The notes: generated by a model from the sequence alone, not told the origin. A stretch of DNA of 64,000 bases from Hyaloraphidium curvatum SAG 235-1 (GCA_025558095.1 JAIVFI010000018.1:620001-684000); one strand, 5' to 3'. Shown: positions 24,386 through 37,198, counted from the first letter of the stretch. Numbers and translations are program-made.

Positions 24386-27300
24386 ATGGGCGATTTAGAG
24401 CTGCCGGCGGAGGAGCCGCCGGCGGAGGACGAGGCAACGCCGCCGGGGGACTTCCGGCTGCCGCCTTCCCTCCTGCCCCAGGCCACGCTGTTCCCCGCGT
24501 CGCCGGGCATCACGCCGCACACCGACGACGAGCTCGACGCCAAAGCAGTGCTCGCCGGCTACCTCGCCCGCAACCCGGCGGTGCTGACGCCCGAGGAGTC
24601 GCGGCTGCCCGACGCGTACTTCCGCCGCCGCGACGAGATGCGCTTCGAGGAGCTGCCGCTGCGCTTCCTCAACGCCACGCTCTCGCCGATATGGTGCATG
24701 GACATCGTAACAGGCCGCTTCCTGTGGGCAAACGCCGCCGCGCTGGAGCTGTGGAACGCCTCCAAGTTCACGGACCTCTTCGGCCGCGACTTTTCGCGCA
24801 TGTCCGACACGGCCCGCACGCGCCTCTCCTCGCTCCTGCAGCGCTTCCGCACCGAGAACCCGGTCGAGCAGTGGACCTTCTACCCCGCCGGCAAGTCGCC
24901 CATCACCCTGCGGGTGCGTCATCTCCCCTTGGCCATCGCCGACCGGCCCTACACGTGCTTCTACAACGAGGCCTGGATGGTCGAGTCTGTGGAGCCCAAC
25001 GCGCTCCGCGGCGTGGAGGCCGTGCACCACACGCCCTCGGTCATCGCCGTGTACGAGTGGCTCGCGGGCAAGGAGCCGCCGCCGGGCGCGGAGCCGCCCG
25101 ACCCGCGGGGCAGGCCGCTGATGCGGAACCCGGCCGCGCAGCGGCTATTCGGGCCCGTGAGGAGCGATATCCACTACTACGCCGCGCGGGCGGCGCGTGC
25201 CGCTTCCCGTTCGGCGTCGGGATCGACCTCAGGCGACACCTCGTCCCGCTCGGGCGAGGTCTCGGCCTCCTCCGACTCGGACGAGCCCCTGGACCCCGAG
25301 TTCCAGCTGGGCCGGACGATCGCCGACCCCGCCCTTGTCGAGGAAATGGTCTCCTCGCTCCTCCTCGAGGGCCGGTGGCAGTGCGACGAGGTGCCCCTCC
25401 GCGCGAAGCGGGGCCGCCTGTCCTTCTCGTCGACCGCGGGGGACGAGCACGACCAGCTCACTGCGCTGGCGCGCCACAGCGCCGCCGCGGGACAGCGCCC
25501 CGATGGCACCCCGAGCCCCGACGTGGCGACGGAGGACGAGCAGGACGGGATCAAGTGGTACAGCTACGACGCCCGGCTGACGACGGACCCCGTGACGGGG
25601 AACCAGGTGGTGCTGGTCAATGCTTCGGACGTGAACGAGAGGAGGAGGATGCAGAGGGCGCTGGAGAAGGCCAAGCTGGAGGCCGAGGCGGCGAACAAGA
25701 GCAAGAGCATGTTTTTGGCCAACAGTGGGTCTCGCGGTCGGCAGATCCCGTGATATTCCCTCAACGCTGGCCGTTTCCAGTCTCGCACGATCTTCGGACG
25801 CCCATGACGGGCGTGCTGGGCGTCGTTGATCTGCTCCGCAGCATGCCCATGACGTCGGAGCAGAGGGGCTATGTCGACACACTGGCCGCCAGCGCCGAGG
25901 TCCTCCTCGCCCTGGTCAACGACCTTCTTGACTTCAGCAAGGTGATTTCCGACCCAGGCCCTGACTTCCTCGGGACCCGTCTCACGGCTGCCGCCACCGC
26001 AGATCGAGGCCGGCCAGCTCTCCCTGGAGCAGGTCCCCTTCGTCCTCCCCAAGCTCCTCTCGGACGTCATGGACCTCCTCCGCCCCCGCGCGCTCGCCAA
26101 GGAGCTCCGGTTCTCCATCTCCCCCGAGCTCGCGCGGCTGTCGCGCGGCGCGTCGTTGGACGAGGAGCGGTGGCGCGAGGGCATCAGCAACATGCGGGGG
26201 AGCAGCGGGGACATCGTCGTCCGGGTCGGGGGGTCGGAGCCAAAGAGGGGGGAGGAGGGGTGGTTGCCGGGGACGCTGGTGGGGGACTCGACGCGGTTGA
26301 AGCAGGTGCTCTTCAACTTGGTGGGTTGCGTTGCTGCGTGAAGGTCTGCGGCCGTTCTGATTCTTGTTGCGCAGGTTGGCAACGCGGTACGAGAGGCTCA
26401 GTTTCGCCACAGCTTTCCTTGCTAACACCAAAATGCAGATCAAGTTCACAGAATCGGGAGGCACCGTCTCCGTGGCAGTCGAGTTTTCGGCCGTCCAGGA
26501 CCCGCAGCGAGGCAGTACCACCAGCCTCTCGGGGTCGACCAGGGCCGCCAACGCGGACTCGCCGGACGAGCGCGCGGAGCTCGAAAACGGCAGGGAGGGC
26601 ATATTTCCCTCGGCGTCGTCACTCGAGGGGGCCGAAGTCAGCCGCGGCATGCTGCGCGTGACGGTGACGGATTCGGGGATCGGGCTGACGCCGACTCAGA
26701 TCGGGAACCTGTTCCAGCCCTTCAGCCAGGGCGATTCCTCGATGACGAGGAGGTTCGGAGGGACTGGTGCGTGTTGGGTGGAAGGGTTCCGCTGCCGCTA
26801 CTGATTTGCTCCGTCTGAAGGGCTCGGCCTCGCCATTTCGCGCCGGCTCGTTGAGCTCATGGGGGGCGTCATCGGCGTCTTTTCGCCCGGCGCCAATCTT
26901 GGCTCTTCGTTTTGGTTCGAGATCCCCGTTCTCGTCTTGGAGGAGTCCGCCGCCGCGGCCGAGGACCCGGACGGCGGCATCACGGACTTCATCTGGCCGA
27001 CCTTGCCAGCGATCGTCCGCACCGCGACCGAGGATTCGACGGACGGGACGGCGTATGCCGCGCCGGCCCCGGCCGTGGTGAGCAAGCACGAAGATCTCTC
27101 GCTGGACACGTCGGTCATCGCAGAACCGGCTCCCATTGGGACCGTGGACGGGGATCGGACAGAGTCGGAACCGCGGACTCCGTTGTCGGCGTTGTCGGCA
27201 TCTTCGGCGGAGCTCCCGACCCCTACCCCGCTCTCCGCGAACCACTCCTTCGGGGGCGGCAGTGCGGAAAGCTCGTCCCTCAACCCCGCAACCCGCCCCG

Positions 27301-27893
27301 GAAGCAAGGAGCCCACGCGCTTCCAGGGTCGCAACATCCTGCTCGCCGAGGACAACAACGTGAACCGGCTGTTGGTGACCAAGATGCTGCAGAAGCTGGG
27401 GCACACCGTGACGGCGGTGCCGGACGGCGAGCAGGCCGTGGAGGCCGCGAGGAAGAAGGCAGCGGAGGATTACCAGGTCGCCGTCGAGAGCAATGGGGAC
27501 ACGCGCAACGTCGGCTTCGAAATCATCTTGATGGTGCGTTGCCTCGCCGTCGAGTTGCTTGTGGTCTCGTGGTGACCATCTGGAAAGGACATGATGATGC
27601 CCGTCATGGACGGGCCGACGGCCACCCGGATGATTCGCCAGTTCCCGCCGCACCTCAACCCGCAGATCCCGATCGTGGCCTTGAGTGCGGACGCGTTGAC
27701 CGAGTCGCGCGAGCGCAACCAGCTCTCGGGCTTGGATTCCTATGTGACCAAGGTGGGAAACCTGCTGTTGCTTTCCATGGACACTTCTGACATGTGGTCA
27801 CAGCCGGTTGATTGGGCCCGGCTCAGTCGCGTCATGGACAGAGTGATTCGAGCGAAACAGGCGACACGGGGTGCGCAGGGTACGGGGACGTGA
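24386..27893 (+). CDS. Hybrid sensor histidine kinase (PAS-like sensor, HisKA, HATPase, receiver)
   Basis: It contains [14 protein letters not shown]|ISHDLRTPM (H-box), [13 protein letters not shown] (N), VTDSGIG (G1), LFQPFSQ (F), RRFGGTGLGLAI (G2), and the receiver [12 protein letters not shown]|[17 protein letters not shown]|P. Confidence 0.92.
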
Positions 27894-27943
27894 GCATCGG
27901 GCGTTCGTGGTGGAGGAGGCGGGGTGGAATCGATCGTTGCTAT

Positions 27944-30900
27944 TTACACGGCGGGCTCTAACGTGGATATCTGTGTCTGAGTGATCTGTAGCAGTTTCTG
28001 GTATCCCGAGCTGGAAATGAAGACGGAGATCAGCTGCCGCTGAAGGTCCGCAACGTCCAGCAATACTCACGAGTTCGTTCCTTCCAGCGTCTCGGACCAT
28101 TTGGAAAAGAGGTCCTCGTCAAAAATCCCCTGAGGCAGGTCCGAGGGCAGGCCGATTCCCATGAAGGCTTCCACCAAGCTTCCGACGTCGCCCAGGAGCG
28201 TCGAAAGCAGAACGAGCCACTCCACGCAGCCGCTGGTGCGCATGGCCTCCTGGAGCTCCTTGAGCTCCGCTGCCACTTCGCGGTAGTGCCGCAACGTGGA
28301 GGAGTGCACCTGCCCCGGCATCCGGAGCTTCAGAGCGGCGTCCGCCGCAGCCGCCTGCCTTTCGATGAGAACAGCTGGCATGGACGATAGGCGAGAGACG
28401 GTCCCAATGGGAGAGGTCCGCAACGGATGGTCTGATGCCAGGTTGCGGACGGGCAGCGACTCGAAAAAGCTCGCCCGGATCCGTTCCGCAGACCCAGCCG
28501 AGGCCGGCAATGTCCGTTCCATGGAACGCCGCGGCTCGCCGACATCCGGCGGATCGCTCGGTTCCCCGCTCGTTTCGAGAGCGGCGACCGTGTTGTACCG
28601 TCTCCGGTCGAAAAAGTTCTCCAGAGTCGCCATCGGAGAGGTCGGCGACGCAACAGATGGTGACTGGAAAGCAGCCAGGTCCCCGGCTTCCGCCGGCGGG
28701 AGGAAAGTGACAAGGGAAGGCAGCCCGGCAACAGATGTCATGAGCTGCATGTAGTCGTCCGGCAGCGGAATTGCAAACTGCTGGTGCAGGGCCGCGAGGG
28801 CAGTTCGCCAATTTGCAACGATGCCGGACCGGGTTCTGAAGCCCGAGTCAGCGACGTCCGCTGCGCGAGAGCAGCATTCAACGTACCTTTCTTTCGCAAG
28901 CCAGGATGTGAGCGGGAAGCTGAAGAAAGGCACCGTCAGTTCACACGACGGAACCAAGACAGTGCTTCCATACCGAAGGGAGGAAGCCAACTTTCCCAGC
29001 GCGCGGACCCGGTACTTCGAGAGGAGATTCCTGGCGTGCCGACTGACGAGGATCTCGATATAGAACAGATCCGTCCCGTCCGGAAGGGTCCTGTTGGCGT
29101 AGTCCCCAGACGATCGCGGCGCAATGTCGCTGCCCGAAAACGACCGCGACTGGCCGGCAACGAGGATCGGCGAACCGTGTCCCGCCGGCGTGTCGGCAAT
29201 GAGCTGCCCTTTCGGGAACTTGTGGTCCAAAGCCATCGTCGGCGGGCTGTCGGGGCTCCCGGCTTCGGAGCCAGCGTCCAACCCAGTCACAGAACCCCCT
29301 GTGGACGACCGCGCCGAGGCCGCCTTGGCCGAGATCTGCTGAAGCCAGCCCGAAGCGGCACCCTTCTCCACCGACGTCGTTATCGACGAGAGGAAGCGGA
29401 CGAGCTCCTTGCAGAGCTGAAGCGGAAATAATGTGAGTTATGGCTCGCGAGGCTGGCGGACAAGACCGACCTCGTAATCCTCGCTCTCGAAAGACCTCTC
29501 CAGCAGCTCCACGGCGTACCTGCTCGACACCGACGACGGTTCCAAGGTCTGGAGGATGATGAGGTACGACGTCGCTGTCCGGAGCTGGCGCTGCTCGAGG
29601 CACTGCTCGAACAGGTTCTTGGCGTCGCCGACGATGCTGAACAGGTATTCCCACAGCGCGTACTCGGTCTTGCGGGCGCACTGCACGATGACCTCGAGGT
29701 AGTGCGGCAAGCCGCGGAGGAAGGCGATGACGCGGGGAAGGAGAGCGCCTGGACAGAAGCGGTGAGCCCAGCGCCCTCAACGTGCCAGCTGCATCTCCCA
29801 CCTTTGCCGTAGCCGACGTACTTGGGTGCCTCGTCGTCCAACACCTCGTGAAGCAGCACCTCGAGCGCGTGGGCAAAATAGTCGAGGTTGGAATAGTAGC
29901 GCGCAACCTCGGCCGCGACCTCTTCGAGGCTGCCGAATGGATCAGCGCAGTCCACAGAACCGAGCTCGACACCCTTACTCGTGAGCCAGGAGGTACCGCA
30001 GCAGCCGGGGCAGCCAAAGGTTGGTTTCGGTCTGGGCCTTGAACGACACCACGTCAGACGACGTGCGGAGCGAAACGTGCTGCGAGAGCCCCGTGACGAT
30101 GCCTTTGGGGACGGCAATGCCTGCAAAGCAAAATCAGCCAGCTTCACACCTTCGTCCGCGGCAATGCCCACCAAAAGGATAGAAATCGACCGGAAACTCG
30201 AGCGTCGGCTCCACCGTCCCCCCCAGGGCGTCCAAGATTCCCTCGACGTCCCCGTGCGCCGCGTCCCCGAGGTCCGCCGCGGCACCGCCGTCCCGCAGGC
30301 CGCCCACGGTCATGCCAAAGTTGATCCAAGCCCGGATGGCGGACCCCGACACCGTCCACAGGGTCGAGAGGAGGTAGTTGCCCAGCCGCTCGTTGGCCGA
30401 GGTGAGGTAGACGAACTCGATCCCGTCGGCAAGGTGCAGGAAGGGAGGCTGGTCCGTCGGCGACTCAGCACCATTGGCCAGCGACGCCGCCGAGCCGAAG
30501 ATAGGGAAGACCGAGGTGGAGGGCGTACCGGGCAAGGTGCCCGGTGCAGAGCCTGGGCGCGGCGGTACCGCGTCGACCACCGGGGTCTGCTTCTCGGTCG
30601 GCCTTTCCTCGGCTTCGGCAAAGGAGGGCTTGACCAGGTACAGCTTCCCGTGGTTGAGCACCGCCACGGGCTGCTGCTGCAGCGCCGCGGTGGAGTAGTA
30701 CGAGAACAAGGTCTTGGTCGCAGGTAGCCAGAAGACGGACTGCACCGTCGCGGGGAAGGGCACACAGGAGCCGAGGGAAAACTGGTGGTGCAGGCGGACC
30801 ACCACGGTCGGCTTGAGCCCGATCTCGAGCGAAAAGACGCGCACGACGTTGTCGGCCGAGTAGACGAGCAGGGTATCGTCGCGGACGTCCATGCAGACGA

Positions 30901-33466
30901 CGCCCTTGGCCATCTTCTGGGTCGCGAGGCAGGTGCTGAGGTCCAGGTTCCCCGTGGCCTGGAAGAAGCGCAGCTGGAGAATCGGTTTCGGTGAGCGCCG
31001 CCCAAAGCCAAGCAGCCTAAAGAGATCGACCCACCTTGGACTCGCCGACGGCCAGGTCCAAGCACGGCACGATCAGCACCGCGCCCGGGTTCCACGCCTG
31101 CGCCACGTTGGTCCTCCCCAGCGTCGCCCCCGCAAACTCCCCCGGCTCCCACCACGCCAGCCCCCCCTTGACCGCAAACGACGACTCCTGCACCTCGTTC
31201 CCGAACATCCGCCAGCGGTTCGACCTGACGGCGTACACGGCGAACCCGCGGCGGCCCGCGGCGGCGACGAAGGCCATCCCCGGGCTCGGGGCCGAGTACT
31301 TGACGGGCCAGTTGGAGGAGATGTAGGCCGTGGGGAGCTGCACCGAGAACCACTGCGACATTTCCGGGTCCAGGGAGAAGCGCATCGAGTTGTCCTGGGC
31401 GTGGTGCCCGCGGCGGGAGCGGTGCTCTTCCTGGTGCGAGACGCGGCGGAGGGTGCCGCGCTTCGGCGTGCCGGGGTTGCCGTCCGCCGAGAGGTCGAGC
31501 GCGCTGCCGAAGGTCACGCCGAGGCCGAGGAGCGGAGAAGCAAAGCCAGGGTGCCGGCCCACGGTGGCGTCCAAGTCCTCAACCCCGGGCAACACCGGCG
31601 TACCCGATCCGGCCTTTGCGGGCGGAGGGGCGGCGCTCAGCGCCGTCGTGTGGATCAGGAACCGGTCGTCCATCTGCAGGTACAGGTGCTGCGCGGTGAC
31701 CAGGTTCGGGCACCCCGTGAGCGGCAGCTTGGCCATGGGCAGCACGTAAATGTCCGTCACCCAGTCGTCCGACCCGCCCGGTTGCGGCCCGGCGGGGAGC
31801 AGGAACAGCTCGTAGCTCCCCACCCCCCAGAAAAGCGACCCCACCCCCCGCATCCAGTGCCCGTCCTCCTCCCACGGCCCCGCGTCCCCCTGCGCACCGG
31901 GCGCCTCGAACCCGCGCAGCAGCCCGTCCGCGTCCGCGGGGCCGCCGACCGTGCCGGCCAGCCACCGCCCGTAGGTGCTCCAGATCCCCACCCCGCCCCC
32001 TTTGTCCCCCGCGCCGTCGATGGGCGCGAACCCGCACGCGACCGCCAGCCCGTCGGCCGAGAAATCCACGTCCGTCACCTGCCCGCGCGGCCTCAGTTCG
32101 CCGCCCGCGCCGCGCTGCGCCGTGTCACCCAGCGCGTGCGACAGCGCGCCGCTCTTGCCCGAGTCCGAGATGGACAGCATGAGCACCTTCCCGGCGTCGG
32201 TACCGAGCGCGACGAGGAGGTGCCGCGTGTTGATGGCCGCGGCGGTGAACCGCCCTCCCTCGCCCGGGTCCGCGGGAAGGGCGATGCCGTTCCAGGTGAA
32301 CCGGGTGCGGTCCGAGGTCTTGCGGCGGCGCTGCACGAAGTACGCCTCGGTCCGCGGGTCGGCGCCGCGTCGGAGGGCCCACACAAAGAGCTCCGAGGAT
32401 TTGTCGGGCCACACCGAGACCAGGCGGAGGTCCTCCTCCGCTGCGTCCGGGGAGGGTTTGGCGGCGGGCTGCTGTCGCCGGAGGAAGTTGAGGGAGGAAA
32501 GGTCGACCGAGTGGGAGGGCTCGCCGATGCCGGGGGGGTGGAACCACGGGTACGAGACGAGGCGGCCGGCCGGGCCCCGCGTCGAGACGACGATCTCGTC
32601 CGCCAGCGCAAACGCGCTGCAAGGCGTGCCGGTTTAGATCAACGGCGGTAAGGAACGCCACACGGATGACCCACCAAGCTATGCCCCCGATCGCCGACAC
32701 GTCCACGCTCCCCCTGAACCTGATCCTCCTCGCCGGCACGCCCCCACCCTCCCCGGGCCCCGTCACGAACCCGTGCGGCGCCTTCTGCCCCTCGTCCGCC
32801 GCCGACGCCGATACGTGGTCGTTGACGAACTCGTACCGGAACAGCCGCGTGTCGGGCGGCGCGTCGGGCGGCGGGCGCGCGGGCGGCGTTTCGTCCCGCT
32901 CGCGCGGGGCGGGTGTCCCCGGCCGCGGGGGGCCGTTGCCCTCGGGCGCACCGGCCATGGCGGACGAGGGTGTCGCGTACGGCGCCGGGTACGACTGCCC
33001 GGGCAGCAGCACGTCGTACAGGTGGATGTGCTTGCCCGAGGCGGTGACGACCGCGAAGGCCGTCGAGTCGGGCTTCCACACGATGCTGGCGTTGGCGCCC
33101 TCGGCCTGCAGCGACACGGCGCGGCGGCGGCACTTGGAGATCATCACCGAGGGCTGCCAACACCGGTAGGCGGGAAATGGTATCACGGGAGGGGTTAGCG
33201 GGAGGGCGGTTAGAGGGAAACAGTATCCGGGTCTGCGGGCAGCCCACCCGCGTGCACCACAGAAACACCGTGTTCGCCGTCAGCGCCAGCAGCATCGAGC
33301 CGCCCACGTTCTTCTCCATCGCGACGAGCCCGCCGCCCAGCGCGGCCGCGGGGTCCGCCGGCGACGCGGGCCGCCCGCCGACGTCGGCCGCGTCGCGCTG
33401 CGCGAGCCAGCCGTAGCCGCCGTGGTGCGCAGAGAGCACCTTGGCCGCGCCCAGGAGGAAGTACAT
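27944..33466 (-). CDS. RIC1: RIC1 (Rab6/Ypt6 GEF complex subunit), multi-exon
   Basis: The N-terminus is MYFLLG, followed by YISSNWPVKY, RWRMFGNEVQE, YFAHALEVLLHEVL and VQCARKTEYALWEYLF...ATSYLIILQ. A last intron at ~28070-28011 leads to TAA at 27944-27946. Confidence 0.9.
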
Positions 33467-33724
33467 GGCGGCGGTGACAGGCGGCGCCCAAGGGGCAGTG
33501 CGCCGCCCCGCGTGTCGGAAGGCGCGCGTTTTCCGCTGGTCGGTCACGGAAGGATGCGCGACCATTTCCTTCCCTCTTTCGCATCACAAGCGCGCAAATC
33601 TCCGTCCGTTCCTCCTTCTCCGGGTACACACTCGCCTCCAGCCTCTTCGTTCTCCGCGTCGGCTTCAGTTCCGTCGTTCCCAGTTATCATGCGCCGTTGC
33701 CACGCTTCCGAAAACGCCTCCGCC

Positions 33725-34987
33725 CTACCCCTCCCCCTTGCTTTCGGGCTCCACCTGCAAAGTATGCACCAGCTTCGCCCCCTCCGGGACCTCGACCATC
33801 CCCTGCCTCCTGCCCCACTCCTCCACCAGCGCCGCGACGTAGCACCGCACGTTCTCGTCCCGCAGGTGCCGGGCAACAAAGTCCCTCCCCTCCCGCGCGA
33901 TCGCGGCGACCTTTTCCGGGTGCGCGTCCGCCCACGCCACTTTTTCGAGGGCGTCCGAGACGTCCGCTTTCATGGGGACGTAGTGCACCCAGGGCTTGAG
34001 CGCGGAGTAGAAGAACTCCGAGAAGGGCGAGGACTGCTTGAACACCGCGACGCCGGCCGCCAGCAGCGCCCCGAACCGGGACGCCCACCCGTTCCCGTCG
34101 ATGGATGCGACGTACCTGTAGCGCCGCACCCAGTCCTCGAGCGGCAGCGCCGGCTTGGTGCCGAGGGTGGCGTTGGCTTCCGCGACCGTGGAGTTGGACA
34201 TCTGCACGTACTTGACGATGCCGCCGTCGCACTTGCCCGCCGCCTCGGGCCGGGAGCACATTTCGGCGAACCGCATGCGGGGGAAGGTGCGCCAGTCGCT
34301 GCCGGCGGGGCAGCACATGTAGCCCGTGCTGGAGCCGCGGAAGAAGAGCGTGGGCTGCTTGGCGCCGAGGGGTTTCTCCGACCCGGCGCGGCGCATGCTC
34401 CCGCGGACCCCGTCGAAGTTGAGGAAGAAGTCCGGGTACGGGAAGTGCGCGCCGCCCGTGCCGGACACGGGGCCGTACATGAGGTGCGGCGGGCGCGGTG
34501 CGGATCCGGGCACGGTCCAGCCGGGCAGCCAGTACCGGGTCTCGGATCCCGGGTCGAGCCGCGAGACGTCGCGGAGCAAGAACGGAAGGTCGGCGCGCAG
34601 CCCGCGCGGGTCGACCTCGGCGGCGTGCCATTCCAGGGCGGCGGCGAGGAGGGCGACGATGCCGTAGGCGCGCTCCTTTGCCAGGGGGTTCGGCGAGGCG
34701 GAGGTGGAGAGGAAGATGGCGGTGCCGTTGAGCGTCAGGCGCGCGGTGTAGTCGGGGGAGAAGAGGCGCGCGGGGAGCCGGTCGAGGGACGCATCGGGGA
34801 GCGTCGGGAAGGGGGCGAGGTCCGTGGCGATCTGGCCGATGTACGGCACCGCGCAGGCCGGGTGGTCAAAGGCCGAGGGTGCGCGGGGGGGAGCGCCCAC
34901 GGGCGGGGGGGTGAAGGGGAGCGCGAGGAGCGCGAAGGCAGCGAGCGAGAGCGCCGAGAGGGCGCCGAGGACGCGCCGGCGGTCCAT
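33725..34987 (-). CDS. Glycosyltransferase family 90 (CAP10/KDELC-like), intronless
   Basis: It has an N-terminal anchor and the motifs PYPDF, LFFRGSSTG, YRYVASIDGNGWASRF, EFFYSALKPWVHYVP and IAREGRDF. Confidence 0.88.
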   Translation of the reverse strand: MDRRRVLGALSALSLAAFALLALPFTPPPVGAPPRAPSAFDHPACAVPYIGQIATDLAPFPTLPDASLDRLPARLFSPDYTARLTLNGTAIFLSTSASPNPLAKERAYGIVALLAAALEWHAAEVDPRGLRADLPFLLRDVSRLDPGSETRYWLPGWTVPGSAPRPPHLMYGPVSGTGGAHFPYPDFFLNFDGVRGSMRRAGSEKPLGAKQPTLFFRGSSTGYMCCPAGSDWRTFPRMRFAEMCSRPEAAGKCDGGIVKYVQMSNSTVAEANATLGTKPALPLEDWVRRYRYVASIDGNGWASRFGALLAAGVAVFKQSSPFSEFFYSALKPWVHYVPMKADVSDALEKVAWADAHPEKVAAIAREGRDFVARHLRDENVRCYVAALVEEWGRRQGMVEVPEGAKLVHTLQVEPESKGEG

Positions 34988-35261
34988 CGACCGGCCGGTC
35001 CCGTGCCCCGAGAACGCGATCCGGCGGCAGCCAGTCTGTGGGTGGCCTATTGATTCGTGACTCGGGACGTCCAGAACTGCCGCCTGCGCGTGGCGACTCG
35101 GCGGGGCGGGCGCCTGCTTGGTGTCCCAACGGGATCATCTGGATCTGCTAACCGGCGCCGCCAGCCGGGGCTCGCTGCGTCTGTTAGTTGTTTGTTTGAG
35201 GCGCGTCATCCCCTGCCCAGTAACTGCCCAGACTCAGACCTCTCTCGCGCGCGCGTCCGCG

Positions 35262-36644
35262 ATGCTCCCGCCGGCGCGGATCCTGCTGGCGATCGCGGCG
35301 TCCGCGTTCGTCGCGCTCGCGGCGCTCCACCGCGGCGGGGCGGGCGCGGCGGTGGAATGCTCGGGGACGGCGCGCGAGACGGCGCGCTGCGTGTTCCGCG
35401 ACGCCGTCGTATCCAACGGCACGCTCCATTATCTCCATTTGGGCAACAGCAAGCCGCCGGATCTCCCTCCCTTGCTGTGCTCGGTCGCCAACCAGCCGCC
35501 CGAGCTCGCCGTCGACTGCGTCGTGCGCGCCGTGCGGGACCCAACCGAGTGGGCCGCCCTCACAGCCGGCGCACAACACGCCAAATTCGGCGTGCTCATG
35601 GCCCGCCTCAACCCCACCAACCTGTACCACATCTTGTTCGAGGAGGTCGTCCCCGCGCTGGCCGTGGCGTGGGACGCCGATCCCGCCGCGGGGAGCACCG
35701 AGGACCTGGCGGTGTTTGCCGCCGACGCCTTCGGGCCGGGGCACCTGGACGAGAAGGTGTTCAAGGGCCTGCTGCCGCGGGTGAAGCTGGTGCACAGGAA
35801 GGGACCACCCGTCAGGGTTGGGCGGCTCGTGGTTGGGACACGAGCGTCCTGTGCGCACTGGGGCCATTGCACGTTCGCCAACGGGAGTTCCCGCACCTTC
35901 GAGCCTCTCGATGCCGCGGTGCTCGTGCGCCGCACCGTCTTTGCCGCCCTCGGACTCCCCGAACCCCCTCCCGCCTCCTCCCCGCGGATCCACCCGCGCA
36001 TCACGATCGTACAGCGCAGCCGCACCCGCGGGTTCGCCCCGCACGCCCTGGCATCCATGAACGCCACCCTCGCCCGCATCGGCGGCCGCCCCCCCACCAT
36101 CGTCGATTTCGCCTCCCTCGACCTCCCCGCGCAGGTGCGCCTGGCCGCGCAGACGGACATGTACGTGCTCGTGCACGGCGCCGCGCTGGGCCACGCCATG
36201 TTCCTCCCGCCCGGCTCGGTGCTGATGGACGTGTACCCGCACGCCTTTTTCGTGGAGCACAACATCCTCGTGCCCTTCATGCTGGCCTCGCTGGCGCCGG
36301 GCGTGCGGATCGGCCACTTCCCGTTCCAGATCCGCGGGACCGCCGGCCAATCGAACCTCCTCGGCCCGCTGCGGCCCAACTGCACGTGCAAGGACTACAT
36401 GTGCGAGGTGAAGAGCTTCTGGGCCGCCGACCGGCTGGCCCCGGACCCCGCGGCATTCGCGCGGCGCGCGGCGGAGGCGGCGGATGCGTGGCGGAGGGCG
36501 GATTACCCCAGGCCGAGGACGCAGGAGGAGCACGGGAGGTACCTGGGGGACCTGCATGCGCAAGGGGGTGGGTGGATCGGAGGCGAGCCGCAGTGCTGGA
36601 CGGACGCGGACGAGGAGGAGAAGAGGGCGAGGGGGCTCGGGTGA
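35262..36644 (+). CDS. Glycosyltransferase family 61 (DUF563; xylosyl/O-GlcNAc transferase-like), intronless
   Basis: It has a signal anchor and the motifs NLYHILFE, ITIVQR..TR and QVRLAAQTDMYVLVHGAALGHAMFLPPGSVLMDV. Confidence 0.85.
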   Translation: MLPPARILLAIAASAFVALAALHRGGAGAAVECSGTARETARCVFRDAVVSNGTLHYLHLGNSKPPDLPPLLCSVANQPPELAVDCVVRAVRDPTEWAALTAGAQHAKFGVLMARLNPTNLYHILFEEVVPALAVAWDADPAAGSTEDLAVFAADAFGPGHLDEKVFKGLLPRVKLVHRKGPPVRVGRLVVGTRASCAHWGHCTFANGSSRTFEPLDAAVLVRRTVFAALGLPEPPPASSPRIHPRITIVQRSRTRGFAPHALASMNATLARIGGRPPTIVDFASLDLPAQVRLAAQTDMYVLVHGAALGHAMFLPPGSVLMDVYPHAFFVEHNILVPFMLASLAPGVRIGHFPFQIRGTAGQSNLLGPLRPNCTCKDYMCEVKSFWAADRLAPDPAAFARRAAEAADAWRRADYPRPRTQEEHGRYLGDLHAQGGGWIGGEPQCWTDADEEEKRARGLG

Positions 36645-36760
36645 TTGCGCCAGTTCGTCCTGGATGGTTGGATGCCGGGCCTGGAAGGAAGCGGAATGCA
36701 TGGTACTACGTGGATGGTGTCGGATGGAGAGTCGGCGGGGAATGCTCAACTGCTTGCCTA

Positions 36761-36824
36761 GAAAAGGTCGCCGCGATCGCGCGGGAGAGGGGTGGATTTG
36801 TCGCGCGCTACCTGAGGGACGAGA
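36761..36824 (+). pseudogene. Degenerate fragment of the GT90 3' region (inverted copy of ~33854-33916)
   Basis: gaaaaggtcgccgcgatcgcgcgggag is a 27-nt exact match to the GT90 coding strand. It translates as EKVAAIARERGGFVARYLRDE versus EKVAAIAREGRDFVARHLRDE. Confidence 0.8.
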
Positions 36825-37108
36825 TTCTTCTCTTTGCAAATCTCTATTCTTTCCTTTCCTTCCTTCCCTTCCCTTTGGGTGAACCAATTGGGAGTCGTGC
36901 TGGAAGCCCGACGCCACGAGCTGTGCGGGCGATGTGCGGACAGGTAAGTAAGACCGGCGGGAATAGCCCAGATGATGTGCGTACGGGCAGATGATATCCA
37001 GGGAATGACGGAAATGACGAAGGTTTGCACCCTGGTGCGAGATCGGCGGCCGGGACTCACCCGAAGGCGGCGACCGTTTTCAACGTAAACAACCGCGCGA
37101 CCCTTGTC

Positions 37109-37140
37109 CGAATCTCCAGGCTACCGAATCTCCAGGCTAC
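37109..37140. repeat. Perfect 16-bp tandem duplication (cgaatctccaggctac x2)
   Basis: 37109-37124 is identical to 37125-37140, about 60 bp upstream of the ATG at 37199. Confidence 0.9.
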
Positions 37141-37198
37141 AACCTGTCTTTCTCCACCGCCACCACCGCCGAACCCCTTGCGACGCGAGGCAGATCGC

